This document shows, piece by piece, positions 37,327 through 43,623 of a stretch of 64,000 nt of DNA; the first letter of the stretch is position 1, and the number at the start of each line of letters is the position of its first letter. Under the pieces are notes generated by a model. It searched no databases. It saw nothing but the letters and a program-made list of their open reading frames with translations, and was not told where the DNA came from. The translations under genes and the position numbers were made by a program. The stretch covers positions 1,875-65,874 of IMG/VR virus record IMGVR_UViG_3300047553_000334. One strand, given 5' to 3'. Source of the stretch: a virus. Lineage: Duplodnaviria; Caudoviricetes.

Positions 37327-37779
37327 TTACAAGAGTCCGGTTGCTTCCATACTCTTGAACACCTGCAAGTGGTAGATGCTCCGGTATGTGCCGTACCACA
37401 TGTGGAAGCCACAGTTCTTGATCGTCAACAACACATCCTTCTTGAATGGGAAGTTGTGCTCAGGTTGTACGACCTTAGCCTCCTTGCCAGTATGGGCAAA
37501 GAACATGGCGTTGATTTGCTCTGCCTCATCACGGTCAATGAAGAGGCAAAGCATCTGCTCTTTGCTGTCCTTCTCCATAGTGACAACATACTCACCGTCT
37601 GTTGTCTGGAGAACGTACGGCCACTGGGGGAAGTCAAGCATCTCATTGACATCGATGTTGTTCTCATCGGCATACTCGCGTACGCAAAGATGGAAGTTAG
37701 TCATCTCTTTCTTGACCTCCTTGGCAAGCCAAGCGGTTTCGATACGTTTGATCAGATTAGGTTTCTTGTTTGTTTTCAT
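37327..37779 (-). CDS. Hypothetical protein
   Basis: 150 aa, AGGAG RBS, directly downstream of the Csx16-like gene. Confidence 0.75.
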   Translation of the reverse strand: MKTNKKPNLIKRIETAWLAKEVKKEMTNFHLCVREYADENNIDVNEMLDFPQWPYVLQTTDGEYVVTMEKDSKEQMLCLFIDRDEAEQINAMFFAHTGKEAKVVQPEHNFPFKKDVLLTIKNCGFHMWYGTYRSIYHLQVFKSMEATGLL

Positions 37780-37788
37780 TTGTTTCTC

Positions 37789-38118
37789 CTAGTAGTAATT
37801 GACACCGACTTCGTCGCGGATGTCGTTCCATGCCTCAATAGTCATGACTTTGTAACCAACGAGGCTTGCACCGCACTGATCCATTTGCTCTGGAGTCAGC
37901 TCCTTGCCTCGCAGTTCCAATGGCAGGTTAGGTAAATCCACCGACCACACCTCACGGGCATGGCAGGCGAGGTGCATCGGGATGACACCGATGACCTTGC
38001 GTCCTCGCATCAGGTCAGGTGTTGCGTGGGCAACGACTGTTACATCCGGGCTAACGTGCCCGTGCAGTACTAGCCATTGCACCAAGCCAATATGTCGAGA
38101 GATAACTATTGTTTCCAT
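37789..38118 (-). CDS. csx16: Csx16-like (Cas_VVA1548 family) protein, candidate cyclic-oligoadenylate ring nuclease
   Basis: TIVISRHIGLVQWL...VVAHATP...VIGVIPMHLA...LPLELRGKELTPEQMDQCGASL matches the Csx16 pattern as I recall it (SRH.G..EW; H; VIG.LP.HLA; RG.ELS...GA.L). ATG 38118 after AAGGA. Confidence 0.8.
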   Translation of the reverse strand: METIVISRHIGLVQWLVLHGHVSPDVTVVAHATPDLMRGRKVIGVIPMHLACHAREVWSVDLPNLPLELRGKELTPEQMDQCGASLVGYKVMTIEAWNDIRDEVGVNYY

Positions 38119-38146
38119 AGTTTCTTTGTTTCCTTGTGTTTGAAGT

Positions 38147-38178
38147 ATGCGTTGTTCACCGAGTCGCACCCCTCGGTG
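38147..38178 (-). ncRNA. Leader H-type pseudoknot motif, copy 3 (upstream of csx16-like gene)
   Basis: CACCGAG-GGGUGCGA-CUCGGUG-AACA-ACGCAU: stem 1 covaries relative to copies 1 and 2. Confidence 0.6.
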
Positions 38179-38251
38179 AGTGAGATATGGCCACGTTGGC
38201 ACCACTCACTCGGTCAATGCGGTTACGCCTCTTCGTAACCTGTGATATCTG

Positions 38252-38308
38252 ACGTGTTTCGGCGTGACTGCCTCATCAGCCTATAGGAATCACCCTATAG
38301 GTACACGT
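38252..38308 (-). ncRNA. Hammerhead ribozyme, type III (HH-C)
   Basis: ACGUGUA^CCUAUAGG[GUGAUU]CCUAUAGG-CUGAUGA-GGC[AGUCAC]GCC-GAAA-CACGU. Canonical core; loops I and II are complementary. Predicted cut 38302/38301. Confidence 0.92.
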
Positions 38309-38340
38309 TGGGGTGGCACGTGAGCACCACCCCGTACTAC

Positions 38341-38451
38341 TTAGTGACCGTATCGATGCATCGGAAGCGTTGACAGCATCCAATACATAAGCACTAAGCC
38401 TCCGACGATAATGACGGCAGTGATGCCGTCCGTGATGAACTTCTTCTTCAT
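38341..38451 (-). CDS. Small single-TM membrane peptide (36 aa; not in ORF track)
   Basis: MKKKFITDGITAVIIVGGLVLMYWMLSTLPMHRYGH*; ATGA overlap with 38448..38687. Confidence 0.6.
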   Translation of the reverse strand: MKKKFITDGITAVIIVGGLVLMYWMLSTLPMHRYGH

Positions 38452-38687
38452 CTTCCACCCACCTTTCTTGCAAGGGCTACCACTTCAGGGTCGGTGTCGC
38501 CACCAACCAAGCGAGCAAGCCCCATCATGTGTCCCTCCAGCTCGCGGTAGCTGAAGATGTGCACGTTGACCATCATCTCCCCGCAAGCGGACTTAATGGA
38601 GATGGATGTCTTTGAAACGCTTGTCGGCGTAGAGATGGTGAAGGACCACTTTCGGTTTGCGGTCATGAAGGCGCCATTAAATTCCAT
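38448..38687 (-). CDS. Hypothetical protein
   Basis: 79 aa, AAAGGA RBS immediately after HH-B. Confidence 0.7.
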   Translation of the reverse strand: MEFNGAFMTANRKWSFTISTPTSVSKTSISIKSACGEMMVNVHIFSYRELEGHMMGLARLVGGDTDPEVVALARKVGGR

Positions 38688-38715
38688 GGCTCGTTGTTTC
38701 CTTTGTTTTTTGGTT

Positions 38716-38773
38716 ACGTGTTTCGCCTAGACTGGCCTCGTCAGCTCATTGCCATCACACAATGAGGACACGT
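38716..38773 (-). ncRNA. Hammerhead ribozyme, type III (HH-B)
   Basis: ACGUGUC^CUCAUUG[UGUGAUGG]CAAUGAG-CUGACGA-G-GCC[AGUCUA]GGC-GAAA-CACGU. Predicted cut 38767/38766. Confidence 0.88.
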
Positions 38774-38789
38774 TTAAAAGGGTGGGGGC

Positions 38790-39077
38790 TTACGCCCCCT
38801 TGGTGAAGGTGCAGTTGTCGTACTCGAAACTGCACGGTGTACCGTTCCACTGCCGGGAAATCCAGTACGCCCCTTCGATGTCGATTGGCTTGATGGTGTG
38901 CGAGCGACTTGCGCAAGCAAGCATCTGAAGCAGATATCCGTCTGTCCAGTTAGACATCTGATTCACGAACGTCTTACCGTCTTCGACTACGTATGGACCA
39001 CGCGTAGTGGTCAGCGTCCACGTACATACTACGTACGGTTCACTTGGGGTTGATTGTGTGTGTGTTGCGAATGACAT
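38790..39077 (-). CDS. Hypothetical protein
   Basis: 95 aa, AAAGGA RBS with an A/C-rich leader. Confidence 0.65.
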   Translation of the reverse strand: MSFATHTQSTPSEPYVVCTWTLTTTRGPYVVEDGKTFVNQMSNWTDGYLLQMLACASRSHTIKPIDIEGAYWISRQWNGTPCSFEYDNCTFTKGA

Positions 39078-39105
39078 GGCTCATTATCCTTTATGTGTTT
39101 TTTTG

Positions 39106-39141
39106 AAAAATAAAGCACCCGGTATCGTGTACCGGGTGCTT
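39106..39141 (-). terminator. Intrinsic terminator
   Basis: 12-bp stem AAGCACCCGGTA/TACCGGGTGCTT ending in UUUAUUUUU on the minus strand, just after the stop of 39149..39490. Confidence 0.75.
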
Positions 39142-39148
39142 CCGGGGA

Positions 39149-39490
39149 CTATTCGTCCCCTTCGTCCCCAGCCATGGCTGTCGCCATCGCCGTCTTGGTC
39201 ATCGCCTTCAACGATGCCATGAATGGGTCGATTGGCTTGGCAGCCTTGACTGCCACTTCGAGATTCGCGAGTTGAGTACCGATTCTGTCCAGAACCAAGC
39301 GGTAACTATCGGCATCGGTTTGCCGCTTCCGGAAACCGACCGCATACACCGTCTGAATGGACTGCCAGCCCTTATTGATTGTATCTTCGGTCATTGGCAG
39401 ACCGGTTGCGATGTGACCGGCGATATCGCTTTCAAACTTGCGAATCGCATTCATCGCGGGTTCGAATATCACGGGTTGTTTTGTTGACAT
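39149..39490 (-). CDS. Hypothetical protein (first gene of the minus-strand unit)
   Basis: 113 aa, AAAGGA RBS, GC-rich codons. Confidence 0.75.
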   Translation of the reverse strand: MSTKQPVIFEPAMNAIRKFESDIAGHIATGLPMTEDTINKGWQSIQTVYAVGFRKRQTDADSYRLVLDRIGTQLANLEVAVKAAKPIDPFMASLKAMTKTAMATAMAGDEGDE

Positions 39491-39524
39491 AATAAAGTTT
39501 CCTTTATCGGTATGTTAGATTGTA

Positions 39525-39588
39525 TTGATGTTTCGACATAGGTTTGTCATTATCAAGCGTACCGTTACCAGCGGTAACACGACATCAA
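39525..39588 (-). ncRNA. Hammerhead ribozyme, type III, U3-A8 core variant (HH-A)
   Basis: UUGAUGUC^GUGUUACCG[CUGGUAA]CGGUACGC-UUGAUAA-U-GACA[AACCUA]UGUC-GAAA-CAUCAA. Core C3-G8 replaced by U3-A8. Predicted cut 39581/39580. Confidence 0.75.
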
Positions 39589-39889
39589 GGTTTTGAAGGT
39601 TTCCAGCGGTGGAAACCAGCGGTACCGGACGACCCCGGAGGGCGTCCACACCATGTATGTAGGTCGGTTTTCAGGGCACAGTCACGTCGGGTGGTGGGGT
39701 GGCGGTAGTACCCGGCATGGCAAGGGGGTGGGTCGGTTGCCTCGGCACAGTAGGGACTCCAAACCATATATTCTCAGCTGATCTTTATCTATTTCTCCCA
39801 TCGCAGAAACTCATCTCCCCACGGAGAAAATGATTAGGATCCATATAGATTTGCTACAATCAGCTGGTTTAGATATACTTACGGTATGA

Positions 39890-39961
39890 TCCTACTTAGC
39901 TCAGCGGTAGAGCGTCCGGCTGTTAACCGGATGGTCGCTGGTTCGATCCCAGCAGTAGGAG
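39890..39961 (+). tRNA. tRNA-Asn (GTT)
   Basis: Cloverleaf: acceptor TCCTACT/AGTAGGA, D arm GCTCAGCGGTAGAGC, anticodon arm TCCGG-CTGTTAA-CCGGA, T loop GGTTCGATCC; CCA not encoded. Confidence 0.95.
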
Positions 39962-40039
39962 TCCCCCATGTATGTAAACGCACTGGGGATAGCGTTGCAC
40001 CCTGTGGTCCTTTCTCTTTCTCCTGCAGGGTGTAGCGTT

Positions 40040-40249
40040 ATGAAGCTTACTGTAGACCAAGTGATTGAAATACGCAGGTTGCACGCTTCTGGTATGAAGA
40101 CGGCATATCTTGCTATGAAGTATGGTGTGTCACAACAGCATATATATCGATTGCTAGATAACCAGCGCTGGGGTAAGCGTTTACGTCTTGAGTACGACCG
40201 TGCTACGCATAAAAAGTTACTGGATGCTATAGCTGGGCGCAAGCAGTAA
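40040..40249 (+). CDS. Small HTH DNA-binding protein
   Basis: KLTVDQVIEIRR...LAMKYGVSQQHIYRLLDNQRW; start re-assigned to ATG 40040. Confidence 0.7.
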   Translation: MKLTVDQVIEIRRLHASGMKTAYLAMKYGVSQQHIYRLLDNQRWGKRLRLEYDRATHKKLLDAIAGRKQ

Positions 40250-40269
40250 AATGTGGTAGGAGGGTTACC

Positions 40270-40836
40270 ATGCCACAGACGCCCAAAAAACAGAAAGATA
40301 CATATCCTGTATCATCACCACCCGCAAAGGTGAATCAGCGCACAGGAGATGCCGCGCCGGGACAGAGTAAATACCTTACACGTCTAGCAAACAACAGGGC
40401 ATCAATTACTGTAAATCGTCTCACTGACATTGGTACATTATATGATTCACCAAACAGGCCGTATAAAGGTTTTTATAAAAGAGACTATCTCAACGTACCG
40501 CGCACAGACGCATATTATGAAGAGATAAATCCACTACGAAAATTTAAATTGGATTCAGAAACTCTTCAAAAAGATTTAGTGCGTAATAACAAATTGACTG
40601 GCTCTACAAAATCGCCTAAATCTGAGGCGAGCAAGCCTTCACCTATGGAAACAGCTGGCAAGGCAGCCGTTGGTAGCAGTATGTTAGCAAGTCCTGCAGC
40701 TAAAGGTTTCGGTACCGTAGGTGCATTACTTGCATCACAAAAAGCAGCTGGTCAATCAAGAAAAGATGAGCAATCTGCAGTTGACAACTGGAATTCAAAG
40801 ACTAATTATGGGCGTTTATTGGGGTTAAAAAAATGA
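40270..40836 (+). CDS. Hypothetical basic protein
   Basis: 188 aa, AGGAGG RBS. Confidence 0.7.
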   Translation: MPQTPKKQKDTYPVSSPPAKVNQRTGDAAPGQSKYLTRLANNRASITVNRLTDIGTLYDSPNRPYKGFYKRDYLNVPRTDAYYEEINPLRKFKLDSETLQKDLVRNNKLTGSTKSPKSEASKPSPMETAGKAAVGSSMLASPAAKGFGTVGALLASQKAAGQSRKDEQSAVDNWNSKTNYGRLLGLKK

Positions 40837-41219
40837 GTTCGGCTGTTAAACGTGACCCGGAAAAGTGGAAGCGCATTGTTGCTAGTGTAAAAGCTGGGAC
40901 AAAAGGTGGCGATCCCGGTGAATGGTCTGCTCGTAAAGCACAGTTAGCTACGCAGAAGTACAAATCATCAGGCGGTGGGTACGTAGGCCCTAAAAAGGCT
41001 GATAATAGCCTAGCAAAATGGACTGATCAGAAGTGGCGCACAAGCGATGGAACGCCTAGTGAGGGCAAAAAAAGGTACTTACCAGACAAAGCGTGGGGTT
41101 CATTGTCTAAAGGTGAAATAGCAGCCACTAATAGGGCTAAAGCTGCAGGTAATCGCGCTGGTAAACAGTTTGTACCACAACCAAAAACGATCGCACAGAA
41201 GGCAGCAAGGCATAGATAA
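40833..41219 (+). CDS. Conserved basic phage protein (DUF5872-like)
   Basis: KAGTKGGDPGEWSARKAQLA...GGGY...WTDQKWRT...RYLPDKAW...GKQFVPQP. Confidence 0.8.
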   Translation: MSSAVKRDPEKWKRIVASVKAGTKGGDPGEWSARKAQLATQKYKSSGGGYVGPKKADNSLAKWTDQKWRTSDGTPSEGKKRYLPDKAWGSLSKGEIAATNRAKAAGNRAGKQFVPQPKTIAQKAARHR

Positions 41220-41602
41220 TGTACGAATATGGCATACGATTCAAAAGACTTATTGATGGCGATACCTTTGTTTGTGATATTGATCTTGGTTTTGGTATTT
41301 GGCTTGTGGATCAGCACTGTCGTCTCTTTGGCGTGGATACACCAGAGAAAAACACTGAAACAGGTAAGGCAGCTGCGGACACAGCAAGGGAATGGTTCAC
41401 ATCAAGACAAAATACAGCCGAACGATTTAGCATTCAAGTACTACAAAAAGCAGATAAATACGGACGACGACTAGTACACGTACGTACAGACAAATCACCG
41501 TGCACACTTAACGATGAAATACTTAAGACTATGGGCACATATCAGTATTTTGGTGGGACTAAACGCAAAAAGGTAACTGCAGTAGCTGAGGTAACTCAAT
41601 GA
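41219..41602 (+). CDS. Thermonuclease (SNase-like) family protein
   Basis: RLIDGDT...DIDLGF...RLFGVDTPE...DKYGR. Confidence 0.85.
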   Translation: MYEYGIRFKRLIDGDTFVCDIDLGFGIWLVDQHCRLFGVDTPEKNTETGKAAADTAREWFTSRQNTAERFSIQVLQKADKYGRRLVHVRTDKSPCTLNDEILKTMGTYQYFGGTKRKKVTAVAEVTQ

Positions 41603-41844
41603 CACCCATTGCAGCATTTATATGCGGAATTGCCGTTACTTCACTTGCGTTCTACATTATTGATCACATTATGTCGTTTCTTGAATATTGCAAATTTAAG
41701 CGCTGGCTAGTGTCTATGAATGTTGACCCAAAAGAAGTAGACGATAAAGCCTTTGATAAGTTCTACGCAATGTACGAAATTAGTAAATTACCTAACGTAG
41801 AAATACAGGAAGTAACAAATAAAACAGAAGAAGCCCCTAAATAG
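41599..41844 (+). CDS. Small membrane-anchored hypothetical protein
   Basis: 81 aa with an N-terminal hydrophobic helix; GAGG RBS. Confidence 0.65.
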   Translation: MTPIAAFICGIAVTSLAFYIIDHIMSFLEYCKFKRWLVSMNVDPKEVDDKAFDKFYAMYEISKLPNVEIQEVTNKTEEAPK

Positions 41845-41851
41845 GGGCTTC
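41822..41851 (-). terminator. Hairpin terminator (U-tract on minus strand; possibly bidirectional)
   Basis: GAAGCCCCTA-AA-TAGGGGCTTC inverted repeat, followed by UUCUGUUUU on the minus strand. Confidence 0.6.
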
Positions 41852-41932
41852 AGTTCGCTCGACTTAAAATTATCTAAGGCATGATGGGCGGACTTTTAAG
41901 TTTTCATCGCGTTCTGCATCCATACTACCACA

Positions 41933-41949
41933 TATACCTACGGTATAAT
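41933..41949 (+). promoter_or_regulatory. Promoter/operator TATACC-TAC-GGTATAAT upstream of tRNA-Leu
   Basis: Palindrome fused to a consensus TATAAT, 10 nt before the tRNA. Confidence 0.65.
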
Positions 41950-41958
41950 AATGCGTCA

Positions 41959-42039
41959 GCCTCGGTGGTGAAACGGTAGACACGACAGACTTAAAATCTG
42001 TTGTCGCAAGACGTACGGGTTCGAGTCCCGTCTGAGGCA
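41959..42039 (+). tRNA. tRNA-Leu (TAA)
   Basis: Acceptor GCCTCGG/CTGAGGC, anticodon arm ACAGA-CTTAAAA-TCTGT, variable arm GTC-GCAA-GAC, T loop GGTTCGAGTCC. Confidence 0.95.
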
Positions 42040-42050
42040 TAGGAGAAGAG

Positions 42051-42683
42051 ATGGCAGCAACACTTAAGTATATTCAACCTGACGCAGAAGCTTTTATGAT
42101 TCACTTGGCTCGTGTATCGTCAAGTAATGAGGATAACCCAGAATACATACGATTACTCAATAAGTGTATGCGTGACGGACATTGGTCTGTATTTGAAATG
42201 GTTGACGTAGTAATGGAGATCTATACGTCAAGGGCTGTATCTGCCCAGATTTTGCGCCACAGAAGCTTTCATTTCCAAGAGTTTAGCCAGCGCTATGCTG
42301 ATCCATCAAAGATTGAAATGGACCTGCCTACAATGCGTAAAAAGGGCAGCAGTAATAGGCAAGGTAGTTTGCCATACACAGACTCTGAAATGCAGTTCAC
42401 AATGGACAACAAGGCGCTTGCGTCCGTGCTTTATGCGGTGCGCACATACCAAGAGTTAGTGGACAGCGGTGTTGCATTAGAGTCAGCACGGTTAATATTG
42501 CCTATGTGTGTAGGCACACGACTGTACATGAAAGGTACTGTGCGAGACTGGTTACACTACTGCCGTGTACGCATGGATGGCCACACTCAAAAAGAACATC
42601 AACTGGTAGCAACAGATTGCTGGAATGTTTTGAAGGAAGTGTTACCTAACACCACTGCAGCATTTGAGGAGTATCACATGTAA
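42051..42683 (+). CDS. thyX: FAD-dependent thymidylate synthase ThyX
   Basis: GHWSVFEM, QILRHRSFHFQEFSQRY, ESARLILP, TQKEH. Confidence 0.95.
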   Translation: MAATLKYIQPDAEAFMIHLARVSSSNEDNPEYIRLLNKCMRDGHWSVFEMVDVVMEIYTSRAVSAQILRHRSFHFQEFSQRYADPSKIEMDLPTMRKKGSSNRQGSLPYTDSEMQFTMDNKALASVLYAVRTYQELVDSGVALESARLILPMCVGTRLYMKGTVRDWLHYCRVRMDGHTQKEHQLVATDCWNVLKEVLPNTTAAFEEYHM

Positions 42684-42949
42684 TGGATTCTATGGGAAAT
42701 GTAGAGACATTACTGATTGCTAAATGTAACGATTCTGACGTAAGCGTTACACATAAAGCAGATGGTACGTATCTCGTAGAATGGGCAGATCAATGGAGGC
42801 AGGTGGCAACATTACCAGCAACGGTGTTGCTACTGGATTTCATACAAGGCACAGGTATGAAAATACCGTGGCGATTTATGCAGGACATTGCAATACAAGC
42901 AATAAGCAGAATGTTGGAGGAAGAAAATGACAATCATCAAGAAGAGTAA
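42683..42949 (+). CDS. Hypothetical protein (apparent paralog of the next gene)
   Basis: 88 aa, start coupled to the thyX stop. Confidence 0.65.
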   Translation: MDSMGNVETLLIAKCNDSDVSVTHKADGTYLVEWADQWRQVATLPATVLLLDFIQGTGMKIPWRFMQDIAIQAISRMLEEENDNHQEE

Positions 42950-43163
42950 TGTGTCGGATATCGAAGTGCAGCAGGTAACACCAGAGCTTTATGTACTTAC
43001 AGTACTTGGCGAGAACAAAGGTGAATACAAGCTAGAAGATCTTGCAGTTGAGGTAATCAAGCTTAAGCAGTCTGTAAAGATCCCAAGTAAGTGGTGCAAC
43101 GAGTTGGCATATGTAGCACTTACACATCTAATGAATAAGCAGAAAGCACTGAATGAAATCTAA
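42927..43163 (+). CDS. Hypothetical protein (apparent paralog of the previous gene)
   Basis: 78 aa, GGAGG RBS. Confidence 0.65.
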   Translation: MTIIKKSNVSDIEVQQVTPELYVLTVLGENKGEYKLEDLAVEVIKLKQSVKIPSKWCNELAYVALTHLMNKQKALNEI

Positions 43164-43623
43164 GAGTCTTGAATTTCAGTGGTGCGGTAGTGACGAACAT
43201 TTAAGCGGACACGAGCCAGTAAGGAAAACTACGTTATCTTCTGGCTTAGATGTCAAAGCTTACGTGAAGAAACCAGTCACAATAAAGCCCGGACAAACTA
43301 CGTTAATACCAACAGGCTGGAAAGTAAAAATGGATCCAGCATACGAGCTACAGGTTAGATCCAGAAGTGGACTAGCCTTAAAGTATGGAGTCCATGTACT
43401 TAACTCACCCGGAACAGTAGATGCCGACTATCAAGGTGAAGTAGGTGTAGTACTGCACAATGCAGGACAAGAACCATTTGTAGTGATCGACTGTATGGCA
43501 ATTGCACAGTTAGTTCTGTGTCCAGTAGAGCGATGTCATGTAACTATCGTGCAGACAGGTAACTTGTTTGACGAAACTACAGATCGTGGATCTGGCGGGT
43601 TTGGTTCCACTGGAGAGTTTTAA
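43153..43623 (+). CDS. dut: dUTPase (trimeric)
   Basis: SGLD, RSRSGLALK, GTVDADYQGE, IAQLV, RGSGGFGSTG (motifs 1-5). Confidence 0.95.
   Translation: MKSKSLEFQWCGSDEHLSGHEPVRKTTLSSGLDVKAYVKKPVTIKPGQTTLIPTGWKVKMDPAYELQVRSRSGLALKYGVHVLNSPGTVDADYQGEVGVVLHNAGQEPFVVIDCMAIAQLVLCPVERCHVTIVQTGNLFDETTDRGSGGFGSTGEF

Noticed and set aside
37247-37399. N-terminal extension of ORF 37037..37399
   Set aside because: It overlaps the upstream gene and the type II hammerhead; ATG 37246 is the more plausible start.
37276-37935. 219-aa plus-strand ORF
   Set aside because: Antisense shadow of two minus-strand genes that have good RBSs; no motif.
38276-38473. 65-aa minus-strand ORF
   Set aside because: Runs into hammerhead HH-C; the alternative-frame 36-aa TM peptide with ATGA coupling fits better.
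39585-39781. Two ~60-aa ORFs in the GC-rich switch region
   Set aside because: No RBS, atypical composition, overlapping on opposite strands; likely non-coding.
39962-42050. HDV-like (theta) ribozymes after the tRNAs
   Set aside because: I could not build the nested double pseudoknot 3' of either tRNA; tRNA-Leu is followed directly by the thyX RBS.
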